Below are positions 1 to 9,520 of a stretch of DNA of 64,000 nucleotides, piece by piece (the first letter of the stretch is position 1; every line of letters starts with the position of its first letter). Under the pieces are notes generated by a model. It searched no databases. It was not told the origin of the DNA and was given only the letters and a program-made list of their open reading frames with translations. The position numbers and the translations under genes are program-made. Origin of the DNA: Thermoanaerobaculia bacterium (GTDB taxonomy: Bacteria; Acidobacteriota; Thermoanaerobaculia; Gp7-AA8); assembly GCA_036261885.1 (NCBI GenBank), contig DATAJY010000015.1:274877-338876 (forward strand), read 5' to 3'.

Positions 1-1925
1 GTGCCGGAGGCGAAGAGCAGGCGATTCTCACCGGCGATGGCGCGGCGGATGAGCGGCGCATTCGGCACGCCATGCACTTCGGCGCTGCCGGGCTGATAGC
101 GGAAGACCCCTTTGTCGGACGCGAACCAGACCACGCCGTCGGGCGTGGCGCGGAGATTCTGGATGTCCGCCGCGGTGATGGAAACGAGCGGTCTTCCTTC
201 GCGGGCATACGTGCCGTCGCGCTGTTTTTCGAAGACGCGCGGCGGAGTGGAGTTGATCCAGATGTCGCCCCGCGGATCCTCGACGACGACGAAGAAGCCG
301 CGCGGAGTCTTGATGTGGCCGAGGAGATGATCGGGAACGAGATCGCCTTTCGGTCCGAGCTCGACGACCGCGCCGGTGGCCCGCACGAGCACGACGCGCG
401 CTTTCGTGTCGTACACATTCATCTCGCCGGTGCCGTGCATGGTCACGCGCTGCTTCGGCGTGAGCGGTGCTTCGATGCGCGCAATGCCGTTGAAGACGGT
501 GCCGGCCCAGAGGACGCCGTCGCGCTCGACGACGGTCGAGATGTAGGCCGGCACGTCGCGCACGAGGCCCTCGAATTTCCACGTTGCGCCGTCGCGACGA
601 ATGGAGCCGATGCCGTCTCCCATCGCCAGCCAGATGCGATTCGGATCCGACCTCGATTGATGCAGGTCGTAGACCTCGCTTTCGGTCTCGACGATGTGCG
701 CGAGCTTGCCGTCGCTGCCGAGGCGGTAGATCCCTTTGACCGCACCGACGAGCAGCTCCCCGCCGATCGTCAGCATCCTCCAGCCACCCTCGGCCAATCC
801 TTCGACGCGCGTGGCATCTCCGCGGTGCGGGATCTCGTAGAGTCCGTGCGTCGTGGCGACGAAAAGACGATCGCCGATGCGCGCGACGTCGGCACCGCTG
901 CCGCGCACGCCCAGTCGCGAATCGAAGAGCGTGACCGTCGAGCCGAGATCGATGCGCACGATCGGCCCTTCCATCGCCAGCCAGAGCGATCCTTCGCGAT
1001 CGACGCGGGCCTCGTTGAGGATCGCGTCGGGAAGCCCCGCATCTTCGCGGATGATCTGCTCGACCGTGCCGTCGGCAGCGAGGACGATCAATCCGTGCTG
1101 CCGCGTGGTGATGACCAGCCGTCCATCGCGCAGCGTGCAGCCGCCCGATACGACTTTGCCTTTCAGCCACGTATTCGCTTCGGGCGCGAACGGCGCGAGC
1201 GTGCCTTGATCGAGGAGCGCGAGCCCTTCGTCTTTGAGAGCGAGCACGAGCTTGCCGTCCTGCCGCTCGACGATGTGATGCACCGATTTGTCGGTGCCGA
1301 TCGGCTCGATGCGCATCGACGCGAGGTCGAGACGCTGTAATCCCTTCGGCGTGCGGAGGAAGACTTCGTTGCCGCGGGCGTGACAGCCGCGCGGTGCCGC
1401 ATCGGCGGGAAACTCGCCGACGAGGCGCGGCGCGCCGTCGTTCCAGAGGAACATGCTCCGCTCGGTCAGGTAGAGGAAACCGGCGTTCGTGCTGCAGATC
1501 GCGCGGACGTCGCCGAACTCGCGCTGCGCCTGCGGTACCTGCGCGAGGAGCGAATGGAAGCCGTGCGACCCTTCGACGCCGGGCGTGATGTAGCCGAAAT
1601 CGTTGACCAGCCCGAGCGCCAGCCGGCCGCGCGCATCCGCGGCAACCGAGAGCGCGACCTGTTCCGCCGGCAGTTTCGTGAGATGCCACCACGCCCCGTC
1701 ATACGTGACGAGGCCGTGGAGATTGCCGAAATAGAGGATGCCGCGTGAATCCTGCGCGAGGTCGAAGGTCTGCGGTCCGGCCTTGTGCACCTCCGCCGGA
1801 TACACCGTGATCAGCGGAAATCCGCGCTCCGCGCCAAAGACGGGCAGACGCAGCAGCACGAGCACCAGCGCCAAGAACAGCAGGGCCGGTCTCCACGCAC
1901 GGCGACGCAGGAAACGGACGGACAT
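1..1925 (-). CDS. Periplasmic beta-propeller sensor protein (two-component regulator propeller/Y_Y_Y-type), C-terminally truncated by window start; paralog of 2920..5763
   Basis: Manual translation from the reverse-strand ATG at 1923-1925 gives MSVRFLRRRAWRPALLFLALVLVLL...QTFDLAQDSRGILYFGNLHGLVTYDGAWW. This closely matches the N-terminus of the 2920..5763 protein (QTFAVTQDARGILYFGNLAGVMTWDGAWW). The frame stays open to position 1, so it is absent from the ATG-to-stop ORF track. The listed 28..1692(-) ORF is a different, Arg-rich frame. Confidence 0.75.
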   Translation of the reverse strand, partial: MSVRFLRRRAWRPALLFLALVLVLLRLPVFGAERGFPLITVYPAEVHKAGPQTFDLAQDSRGILYFGNLHGLVTYDGAWWHLTKLPAEQVALSVAADARGRLALGLVNDFGYITPGVEGSHGFHSLLAQVPQAQREFGDVRAICSTNAGFLYLTERSMFLWNDGAPRLVGEFPADAAPRGCHARGNEVFLRTPKGLQRLDLASMRIEPIGTDKSVHHIVERQDGKLVLALKDEGLALLDQGTLAPFAPEANTWLKGKVVSGGCTLRDGRLVITTRQHGLIVLAADGTVEQIIREDAGLPDAILNEARVDREGSLWLAMEGPIVRIDLGSTVTLFDSRLGVRGSGADVARIGDRLFVATTHGLYEIPHRGDATRVEGLAEGGWRMLTIGGELLVGAVKGIYRLGSDGKLAHIVETESEVYDLHQSRSDPNRIWLAMGDGIGSIRRDGATWKFEGLVRDVPAYISTVVERDGVLWAGTVFNGIARIEAPLTPKQRVTMHGTGEMNVYDTKARVVLVRATGAVVELGPKGDLVPDHLLGHIKTPRGFFVVVEDPRGDIWINSTPPRVFEKQRDGTYAREGRPLVSITAADIQNLRATPDGVVWFASDKGVFRYQPGSAEVHGVPNAPLIRRAIAGENRLLFASG

Positions 1926-1960
1926 CTATGGGACCCAAAAGACATTAACACGGAAAGAGG

Positions 1961-2100
1961 CGGGAGTCGGTAGTCGGGGGTCGGTAGTCGGGGCCACCGA
2001 CCGCCCACGTGCTCTCGAGGAGAACCGTCCTCGCCGATGACATTCTCCTGCCAACCGCCAACGGTTCCCCTCGACAACCGACAACCGACTACCGATTACC
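1961..2100. repeat. Intergenic inverted-repeat element (CGGTAGTCGG family), copy 1
   Basis: gggagtcggtagtcgggggtcggtagtcgggg at ~1963-1996 and its near reverse complement cgacaaccgacaaccgactaccgatt at ~2072-2097. The same termini and a similar core recur at 20965-21100. Confidence 0.7.
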
Positions 2101-2108
2101 ATTGCGAA

Positions 2109-2915
2109 ATGCATCACCGCCGGATCTTGATTGCGGGGGCCGTGGCGGCGGCGGTCATCGTGGGGGCGCGGTTCATTCAGCCATCGAATGAGCGCGATTG
2201 GGCGGTCGATCAGGCCATCCTGCCGTACGCGGAGATCGCGCCGCCGCTGGTCACGATCCATGGCATTCGGAACTTCCGGTACACCTCGGCCGAGCAGTAC
2301 CAGCCGGCGTACTACGACAAGGTCTTCGATCTGCGCAAGCTCGACTCGGTGTGGTTCGTGGTCGAGCCGTTCGGGCAGCCGGGGGCGGCGCACACGTTCG
2401 TGAGCTTCGGATTCGGCGACGACGAGTACTTGGCCATTTCGATCGAGATTCGGAAGGAGAAAGGGGAGTCGTTCTCCGCGATCGGAGGGCTGCTGCGGCG
2501 CTACGAGCTGATGTACGTGGTCGGCGACGAGCGCGATCTCATTCAGCTGCGGACGAACCATCGCAGAGATCCGGTGCATCTCTATCGCGTGGCCACGACG
2601 CAGCAGAAGAGGGAGGCGATGTTTCTCTCGATGCTCGCCCGCGCGAATGCGCTGCGGACCAAGCCGGAGTTCTACAACACGCTGACCAACACCTGCACCA
2701 CGAATCTGGTGCGGCACGTGAACGAGATCGCACCCGATCGCGTGCCGCGTTCGCTGGCCGTGTTGTTGCCGTCGAACAGCGATCGCCTCGCGTACGACAT
2801 CGGCCTGCTCGATCGCACGTTCACGTTCGACGAGACGCGTGCCCGCGCGCGCATCAACGACAAGGCGGAGCGGGCGGCCGGGGCGGACGATTTCTCGCGG
2901 AAGATTCGCGAGTGA
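2109..2915 (+). CDS. DUF4105-like lipoprotein-type membrane-anchored protein
   Basis: ORF 2037..2915. The upstream part of that ORF is translated from the repeat element, so the start is placed at ATG 2109 (MHHRRILIAGAVAAAVIVG hydrophobic anchor). The conserved DUF4105-like core follows (VFDLRKLDSVWFVVEPFGQPGAAHTFVSFGF...YELMYVVGDERD). Confidence 0.65.
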   Translation: MHHRRILIAGAVAAAVIVGARFIQPSNERDWAVDQAILPYAEIAPPLVTIHGIRNFRYTSAEQYQPAYYDKVFDLRKLDSVWFVVEPFGQPGAAHTFVSFGFGDDEYLAISIEIRKEKGESFSAIGGLLRRYELMYVVGDERDLIQLRTNHRRDPVHLYRVATTQQKREAMFLSMLARANALRTKPEFYNTLTNTCTTNLVRHVNEIAPDRVPRSLAVLLPSNSDRLAYDIGLLDRTFTFDETRARARINDKAERAAGADDFSRKIRE

Positions 2916-2919
2916 CGCG

Positions 2920-5763
2920 TCAGGCCGCGGCTTCGCCGCGAACGCAATTCCGGCCGGCCGCTTTCGCGGCGTAGAGCGCGCGATCGGCGCGGCGCACGAG
3001 CAGGTCGGGGGCCTGGGTGGCCGACGGCGCGAGCGAGGCCACGCCGCAACTGACGGTGACGCGCAGCATCGCCGACTCGAACGCGATCACCAGCTCTTCG
3101 ACGGCGCCGCGCAGCGTTTCGGCGATGCGCGTGGCCCCTTCGGTATCGGTGTGCGTGAGGAGAATCGCGAACTCTTCGCCGCCGATGCGGGCCACGACGT
3201 CGCCGCCGCGCGTGACCATGTCTCCGCTGCGGCGGATCTTGCGCGCGAGCAGCCGCGCCACCTGCACGAGCGACGCGTCGCCGGCCGGATGTCCGCGTTG
3301 ATCGTTGAGTGATTTGAAGTGATCGAGATCGAGCAGGATCAGCGAGACCGGCTGCTGCGAGCGCACCGCTTCATCCCACGACTGCGCGAGCGCGCGATCG
3401 AAGTAGCGGCGGTTCGGAATGCCGGTGAGCTCGTCGAGCAGCGACAGCCGTTCGAGATGCGCGTTGGCCTGTTCGAGGAGATCGACGGTCCGCGCGAGCT
3501 CGCGCGTCCGCTCCTCCACCTGGCCGCGCAGACGATCGGCCTGCCGCCGCAGCGCGGCGGTGCGGAGCTTCACGATGGCGACGATCAGCGCCGCCGCGGC
3601 GAGCACGAACAGCACCATCGCCCAGGTGGTGCGATACCACGGCGGGCGCACGCGGAACGACCACTGCGTTTCCGCGCTCTCCGCGCCGGCCGCACCGCGG
3701 GCGCGAACGCGGAACGTGTAGTCGCCGGCGTCGAGGCGCGTGTAGTCGATGAACTGGTTGGCGGTCCATTCGCTCCAGCGCGCATCGAGCGGATCGAGCC
3801 GGTATTGATAGTTGACGCCGGGGCGGTATGACGCGGGCGCGAACTCGATGCGCAGGCGCCCGAAGGCATGACGCAGCGAGGTCGCGTTGCCGGCCAGCGA
3901 GATGTTGTTCGCGTCGTTCGCATCGCCGACGGAGACGCGTCGCAGCAGCGGTGCGGGCTGCACGATCTTCGCGTCGGACGGCGTGCGGGCGTAGCGGAAG
4001 AAGCCTTCGCTGCCGGCGAACCAGAGCGAGCCGTCGTCTTCGAGTCGAATGAAGGAGATGTTGGTGCCGAGGCCGGTGAGCGGGCGCGTTTCGCGCGCGT
4101 AGCCATCCTTCGTTTTGATGACCACGCGCGGCGGGTCGCTGTTCAGCCAGACGTTGCCGGCGCTGTCTTCGCCGAGGGCGAAGAAATTCGTGGCGTCGAT
4201 GTCTTTCAGTTGCGGATGAGGAACGAGCGTCTCGTTCTTCACCTGCATGATCGATTTGTACGCGCGCACGAAGACCACGTCGCCGGCGATGGTGTAGACC
4301 TGCATCTCGCCGCTGCCGAACTTCGTGAGGCGCCCGTTCGGCTCGCGGCGATGCGCGCCGTCGAAGATCGTGCCGAACCAGAGATTGCCGCCGCGGTCTT
4401 CGACGATGCTGCGCACGTAGCGCGGCGTGTTCGGGATCGCCGCGAAGCGATAGCCGTTGCCGGCGCGGGTGAGCATGCCGAGAGAGGCGCGCGTGCCGAG
4501 CCAGATCACGTTCGGATCGCGCGTGGAGCGGACGAGCTCGTAGACGGCCAGATCCTGCGTTCCCTCGATCCGTTCGGGTGTCTGTCCATCGGGGATGCGA
4601 TAAATCCCGTCGCTCGTGCCGATGAGCATCGCGTTGCCGTCGCGCAGAATCGACCAGGCGGGTGCGGCCACGCCCGGCATGCGCCGCGCGGTGGCGCCGG
4701 GGGCGTCGATGAGGAAGAGCCCGTGCGAGGTCGTCATCCAGAGCCGGCCGTCGTACGTGCCGATGCTCGAGGCGTTGCCGTAAACGCCGCGGCGGCGGTC
4801 GAGCACGGTCACGGGGGAGGAGAGATCGACGCGCACGATCGGCCCGTGATAGGCGAGCCAGAGCGCGCCTTCGCGATCGGGCATGGCCGCGGAGAGCACT
4901 TCGTCGGGCAGTCCGGCGACGGCGTCGATGATCTCGTCGACCGCGCCGTCGGGTTTGAGCAGCAGCACGCCGTCTTCGCGCGTGGTGACGACGATGCGGC
5001 CGTCGCGCAGGCGGCAGGCGTCGGTGACGCGCTTGCCGCGCAGCCAGTCGCTTCCTTCCGGTGCGAACGGTTCGGCGATGCCGTTCCGGATGGCCAGCAG
5101 TCCTTCGTTGCGCACCGCCACGATCGCTCCGGCTCCACCGTCGACGGCGGCGTCGATGATCGTGCCGGGGGGGAGCCCCGCGCGGACGAGATGCCCGTTC
5201 TCGAGGCGGAACAGCCCGTCCACGCCCCAGAGATGAATGGCGCCGTCGATGACGCCGCAGTCGAGCGGCGGCGCCTCTCCCTCCGGCGGGATCACCCGCG
5301 GCGCGCCGCCGTTCCATTCGATCGTGGCGCGTTCGGTCGCGAAGACGAATCCGCGTCCGGCGGTGCAGATGCCGTGTACTTCGCCGACGTCGCGCGCGTT
5401 CGGCGGAAGCTGGCCGATCAGCGAGTGATAGGCGAGCGTGCCGTCGGCGGAGGTGGCGACGTACCCGAGCTCGCCGATCCCGCCCGCGGCCACGAGGCCG
5501 GCGTGATCACTGGCGACCGCGAAGACGGCGGAGTCGTTCGGCAGCGGGATCTTCCGCCACCAGGCGCCGTCCCAGGTCATGACGCCGGCGAGGTTTCCGA
5601 AGTAGAGGATGCCGCGCGCGTCCTGCGTGACGGCGAAGGTCTGTCCGCCGCCGCGATGCTGCGACTGCGGGATCACGGTGAGGAGCGGCAGGCCGCGGTG
5701 CTCCGCGCGAAGGGAGAGGGTGATCGCGAGGACGAATACACAACGGGCGAGCGCGGATCTCAT
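2920..5763 (-). CDS. Periplasmic propeller-sensor diguanylate cyclase (beta-propeller repeats + Y_Y_Y + TM + coiled coil + GGDEF)
   Basis: 947 aa. Signal peptide MRSALARCVFVLAITLSLRA. Repeated WLGT/LWFGT propeller motifs. TM helix WAMVLFVLAAAALIVAIV. C-terminal GGDEF hallmarks (LTGIPNRRYFD..., RIGGEEFAILL). The plus-strand 3868..5799 ORF is its antisense shadow. Confidence 0.9.
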   Translation of the reverse strand: MRSALARCVFVLAITLSLRAEHRGLPLLTVIPQSQHRGGGQTFAVTQDARGILYFGNLAGVMTWDGAWWRKIPLPNDSAVFAVASDHAGLVAAGGIGELGYVATSADGTLAYHSLIGQLPPNARDVGEVHGICTAGRGFVFATERATIEWNGGAPRVIPPEGEAPPLDCGVIDGAIHLWGVDGLFRLENGHLVRAGLPPGTIIDAAVDGGAGAIVAVRNEGLLAIRNGIAEPFAPEGSDWLRGKRVTDACRLRDGRIVVTTREDGVLLLKPDGAVDEIIDAVAGLPDEVLSAAMPDREGALWLAYHGPIVRVDLSSPVTVLDRRRGVYGNASSIGTYDGRLWMTTSHGLFLIDAPGATARRMPGVAAPAWSILRDGNAMLIGTSDGIYRIPDGQTPERIEGTQDLAVYELVRSTRDPNVIWLGTRASLGMLTRAGNGYRFAAIPNTPRYVRSIVEDRGGNLWFGTIFDGAHRREPNGRLTKFGSGEMQVYTIAGDVVFVRAYKSIMQVKNETLVPHPQLKDIDATNFFALGEDSAGNVWLNSDPPRVVIKTKDGYARETRPLTGLGTNISFIRLEDDGSLWFAGSEGFFRYARTPSDAKIVQPAPLLRRVSVGDANDANNISLAGNATSLRHAFGRLRIEFAPASYRPGVNYQYRLDPLDARWSEWTANQFIDYTRLDAGDYTFRVRARGAAGAESAETQWSFRVRPPWYRTTWAMVLFVLAAAALIVAIVKLRTAALRRQADRLRGQVEERTRELARTVDLLEQANAHLERLSLLDELTGIPNRRYFDRALAQSWDEAVRSQQPVSLILLDLDHFKSLNDQRGHPAGDASLVQVARLLARKIRRSGDMVTRGGDVVARIGGEEFAILLTHTDTEGATRIAETLRGAVEELVIAFESAMLRVTVSCGVASLAPSATQAPDLLVRRADRALYAAKAAGRNCVRGEAAA

Positions 5764-5821
5764 CGATTGAACGAAGAGTGCCGCGACTCGCCCGGATAAT
5801 CAATATGGAAACGAAGCGCCG

Positions 5822-6982
5822 CTAATCGCGGAACGTGATCCGGATGTCCTTGATGTCGACCTCATCGTCTTCCGTCGGCTCGATGTAGAGGTAGTCGCCG
5901 GCGATGTTGTGCGCGTCGATCGTGAACGTGCGTCCCTCGCGGGGGATGTCGAGATAGTTCTCGATCACCTCGTCATCGATGCGGATGCGCAGCTCGCCGC
6001 CGGCGCGCGTGCCGATGTCGTCGCGCGCGTAGAAGCGGATCTGTTCGACCGAGCGCCCATCGAGCTCGATGCGGATGCGCGCGCGTTTGCCGCCGCACTG
6101 ATCGCCGCCGATGCAGTCGCCGTCGTGACGGATCTCGCGATTGCCGCCCGGGCGGTTGCCGCCGCCGCGATTGCCTCCGCCGCGGCCGTACATCACTTCG
6201 ATGTCTTTCACGTCCACTTCGTCGTCGCTGGAGGTCTCGATGATCAGCTTCGAGCCGTAGACGTTGTCGACGTCGAACTCGTGCGTCTTTCCTTCGCGCT
6301 TGATGTCGACGTACCAGGCGACGTTGGTGTCGTCGATGCGCACGGTCAGGCGGCCGTCGGCGCGCGTGCCGATCGAGTCGTGCGCGAAGAAGCGGACGCC
6401 GATCACCGGCGCGTTCTCGAGTGCGATGGTGATGCGGTTGCCGTTCTTGCGGCAGTCGCTCCCGCCGATGCACATCGCCGCGCGCGGATACGGACGCCAG
6501 CCGCCGGCGCCGCCGCGATAGCCACCGCGGTCGTCGCGGTCGCGCGGCGGATCGCGGCGGATGGTGTTCGACCTCACGCCGTACAGGACGGCGACGTCGC
6601 TGATCTCGACTTCATCGTCGTTGACCGGCTCGAAGACGAGCTGCCGTCCGGTGAGCTCCTCGACGTCGACGGTGAACGTTTCGCCGCGGCGGGGGATGTC
6701 GATGTAGCCCTTGACGACGTTGCCGTCGATCTTCACGCGCAGCACGCCGTCGGCCTTGGTGCCGATCTGGTCGTGGGCCGTGAAGCGGACCGCGAGGACG
6801 GGGCGGTCGGGGTCGAGGCTGATGCGCAGCTTTTTGGTGCGGCACTGGTCGCCGCCGATGCAGCCCTTGTCGCCGTACGGCGTCCAGTCGCGGCCGAGGC
6901 GGCGAAGCTGGGCGTTTTCCTGCTGCGCCGAAAGTGTGGTTGCGAGGAAGAAGAATGCAAATACGAATGCGAGTTTGCGCAT
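5822..6982 (-). CDS. Secreted protein with three ~110-aa tandem internal repeats, each headed by a C-I-G-G-[DS]-[QD]-C motif; function unknown
   Basis: ORF 5822..7018. Start moved to MRKLAFVFAFFFLATTLSAQ (signal peptide). Repeats: CIGGDQCRTKKLRISLD..., CIGGSDCRKNGNRITIAL..., CIGGDQCGGKRARIRIEL.... Each ends in a D-E-V-D/E-I-x-D-[IV] acidic beta-strand-like motif. Gly/Arg-rich linkers separate the repeats. Confidence 0.75.
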   Translation of the reverse strand: MRKLAFVFAFFFLATTLSAQQENAQLRRLGRDWTPYGDKGCIGGDQCRTKKLRISLDPDRPVLAVRFTAHDQIGTKADGVLRVKIDGNVVKGYIDIPRRGETFTVDVEELTGRQLVFEPVNDDEVEISDVAVLYGVRSNTIRRDPPRDRDDRGGYRGGAGGWRPYPRAAMCIGGSDCRKNGNRITIALENAPVIGVRFFAHDSIGTRADGRLTVRIDDTNVAWYVDIKREGKTHEFDVDNVYGSKLIIETSSDDEVDVKDIEVMYGRGGGNRGGGNRPGGNREIRHDGDCIGGDQCGGKRARIRIELDGRSVEQIRFYARDDIGTRAGGELRIRIDDEVIENYLDIPREGRTFTIDAHNIAGDYLYIEPTEDDEVDIKDIRITFRD

Positions 6983-7021
6983 GTTGGCTCCGATTCTATC
7001 GTCGCGGTCCTGTTGCACGAT

Positions 7022-8509
7022 TTACGCACGAGCCGGCCTGGCCCACGCTTTCGCGCGCAAGAGAGCGCGGCGCCATTCTGCGATCTTTTCTTCGCGCGCG
7101 GCGTCACCGATTCGAGGCAGGAATGTCCTCTCGGCCTGCCACTGCGCATCGATTTCGTCCGCGCTCCAGAAGCCGGTGGCCAGGCCGGCGAGATACGCGG
7201 CCCCGAGCGCGGTCGTTTCGGTGGTCCTGGCGCGCACCACCGGGATGCCGGCGAGATCGGCCTGCAGCTGCATCAGCAGATCGTTCGCCGCGGCGCCGCC
7301 GTCGACGCGCAGTTCGGTGAGTGCGATCCCCGCGTCTTCACGCATCGCCTCGAGCACGTCATTGCTCTGCAGCGCGATCGATTCGAGCGTTGCGCGCGCG
7401 AGGTGCGCGGCCGTGGTGCCGCGCGTCAGTCCGGTGATCGTGCCGCGCGCGTGCGGATCCCAGTGCGGTGTCCCCAGTCCGGTGAACGCCGGGACGAAGA
7501 GAACGCCGCCCGAGTCGTCGACCGATGCCGCGAGTGCTTCGATGTCCGAAGCATTTCTGATGATCCCGAGTCCGTCGCGCAGCCACTGCACCGCGGCGCC
7601 GGTGACGAAGATGCTTCCCTCGAGCGCGTAGCTGCGCGGTGCGTGCGGCAGTTGCCAGGCGATCGTCGAGAGCAATCCGTGCCGCGAGGTCACGGCGCTC
7701 GGGCCGGTGTTCATCACCAGAAACGAGCCGGTGCCGTAGGTGTTCTTGGCCATGCCGGGCGCGATGCAGCGCTGGCCGAAGAGCGCGGCCTGCTGATCGC
7801 CCGCGATGCCGGCGATCGGGATGCCTTCCGGAATCGGAAGGCCGCGCGCGGTGGTGGCGATGACGCCGCTCGAGGCGCAGATTGCCGGCAGCAGCGACGC
7901 GTCGATGCCGAAGATCGCGCAGAGCTCCGGATCCCACGCCGCGCGATGAATGTCGAACAGCAGCGTGCGCGAGGCGTTCGTGGCATCGGTGACGTGGACG
8001 CGGCCGCCGGTCAGTTTCCAGATCAGCCAGGAGTCGACGGTACCGAAGGCGAGGTCGCCGTCGTGCCGGACGTGATCGAGAATCCAGCGCAGCTTCGTCG
8101 CCGAGAAGTAGGCATCGAGCACGAGACCGGTGCGCTCGCGGAAAAGCTCCTCGTGCGCGCGCAACGCGTCGCAGATTTCGGCGGTGCGCCGGTCCTGCCA
8201 GACGATGGCGTTGTGGATGGCGCGTCCGGTGGCGCGATCCCAGACGATCGTCGTCTCGCGTTGATTGGTGATGCCGATGGCCACGACTTCGAGGCCCGGA
8301 ACGCCGTTCACGACCTCCGCGGCGACGGCGAGCTGCGATTCCCATATCTCTTCCGGATCGTGCTCGACCCAGCCGGGCTTCGGATAGAACTGCCGGAATT
8401 CGCGCTGGGCGATGGCGAGCACCTCTCCGTCGCGGCCGAAGAGGATCGCGCGTGAGCTGGTGGTGCCCTGATCGAGTGCCAGGATTCCGCGAACGGCCGC
8501 TTGCATCAC
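7022..8509 (-). CDS. glpK: Glycerol kinase
   Basis: 495 aa. N-terminal [16 protein letters not shown] (FGGY sugar-kinase ATPase motif). Collinear along its whole length with bacterial GlpK (…[11 protein letters not shown]…, …[11 protein letters not shown]…, …[16 protein letters not shown]…). Confidence 0.95.
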   Translation of the reverse strand: MMQAAVRGILALDQGTTSSRAILFGRDGEVLAIAQREFRQFYPKPGWVEHDPEEIWESQLAVAAEVVNGVPGLEVVAIGITNQRETTIVWDRATGRAIHNAIVWQDRRTAEICDALRAHEELFRERTGLVLDAYFSATKLRWILDHVRHDGDLAFGTVDSWLIWKLTGGRVHVTDATNASRTLLFDIHRAAWDPELCAIFGIDASLLPAICASSGVIATTARGLPIPEGIPIAGIAGDQQAALFGQRCIAPGMAKNTYGTGSFLVMNTGPSAVTSRHGLLSTIAWQLPHAPRSYALEGSIFVTGAAVQWLRDGLGIIRNASDIEALAASVDDSGGVLFVPAFTGLGTPHWDPHARGTITGLTRGTTAAHLARATLESIALQSNDVLEAMREDAGIALTELRVDGGAAANDLLMQLQADLAGIPVVRARTTETTALGAAYLAGLATGFWSADEIDAQWQAERTFLPRIGDAAREEKIAEWRRALLRAKAWARPARA

Positions 8510-9421
8510 TCAATCATGCCGTATGCAGGGCGGGCGATTGAGGACGGTCATCTGATCGAACGTGGCGCCGTCGATCGTGCCGCGCCAGCGCCATGCCTTT
8601 CCGTCATCGGTCTGCAGGTCGAGCGCGATCTGCACCCCGCGGGAGATCGCCACCGGCACGTCGAGCGGCAGAAACGCCTGCGCCCACGATGTCGCCTTCG
8701 GCACGCGATTGGTGAGCACGATGTCTTCGGCGAGCACGGCGTGAAACCAGAGCGCGAAGCCGTGCACGACGCCGTCCCGCGTGGCGACGAAGTGCGCGTC
8801 GCCGTTCACGAGCGTCGTTTCGAGCGACGCGAGGTCGAGCTGGACGAGCTGCGCGTCGAGGGCGAGCTGTTTGTCTTCGCCGATCTCGACGAGCTGCATT
8901 GCATTCGAGGCGAAGACGCGAACAGGCGAGAAGTCGTAGCCGAGGTTCGCGTTCGTCCAGAAGCCGACCGAGCGTTCATGGATCGCGGCGACGTCGACCG
9001 GTGCGGCGTGGAGTGCGATCGCCCGCGGAATCATCGCGGCGCCGTCGCGCAGGAATCGTTTCTTCGCGTCGAGGACGAAGCCGACGATGTTCTCGTCGAG
9101 CCCCGCGGCGCCGATCGTTTCGGTGAGCAGTACGTCGGCGCGTTCGGGCAGGTCGACGTTGGTCGAGAGGTCATGGAAGACGGTGAGCCGGTCGTGAAAT
9201 CCGAGATGCCGGCCGAGGAAGGATGCGACGTCCGCGAGGTGGCCCTGATCGATGGCGTAGACGCGTTTCGCGCCGGCATCGAGGGCGAGGAAGGAGAGGA
9301 TGCCGGTGCCGCATCCGAGGTCGACCACCACGTCGCCGCGCCGCACGACGCGCGCGATCGCGGCACGCAACGCCGCCATGCGGATCTCGTCGGCGAGGAG
9401 CGTGCGGTGGTAATCGAGCAT
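8510..9421 (-). CDS. Class I SAM-dependent methyltransferase (protein-arginine-methyltransferase-like fold)
   Basis: ORF 8510..9484. Start placed at MLDYHRTLLADEIRMAALRAAI. Motif I VVDLGCGTGILSFLALDAGAKRVYAIDQ. PRMT-like organisation with a C-terminal beta-barrel region. Confidence 0.8.
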   Translation of the reverse strand: MLDYHRTLLADEIRMAALRAAIARVVRRGDVVVDLGCGTGILSFLALDAGAKRVYAIDQGHLADVASFLGRHLGFHDRLTVFHDLSTNVDLPERADVLLTETIGAAGLDENIVGFVLDAKKRFLRDGAAMIPRAIALHAAPVDVAAIHERSVGFWTNANLGYDFSPVRVFASNAMQLVEIGEDKQLALDAQLVQLDLASLETTLVNGDAHFVATRDGVVHGFALWFHAVLAEDIVLTNRVPKATSWAQAFLPLDVPVAISRGVQIALDLQTDDGKAWRWRGTIDGATFDQMTVLNRPPCIRHD

Positions 9422-9520
9422 GCAGGAGGATTGTGGGCCAGATGCGGGGCAGCGTGTCGTTCCGCGTGTCCGCCCGCGTGTCATCCCGCGCTGGCGCGCG
9501 GGATGACACGGCTGCTCCTG

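Noticed and set aside
72-1340. 422-aa plus-strand ORF
   Set aside because: Asp/Arg/Glu-rich antisense shadow of the propeller gene.
28-1692. 554-aa minus-strand ORF (Arg/Ala/Gly-rich)
   Set aside because: Wrong frame. The real minus-strand gene (1..1925) is in another frame and matches the neighbouring propeller sensor. The Arg-rich composition is typical of a GC-rich shadow ORF.
3868-5799. 643-aa plus-strand ORF, plus 3371..5317(-) 648-aa ORF
   Set aside because: Antisense and alternate-frame shadows of the propeller-GGDEF gene 2920..5763. No motifs, biased composition.
5909-8455. 848-aa plus-strand ORF
   Set aside because: Antisense to the repeat protein and glpK. Ala/Asp/Arg-rich low-complexity translation.
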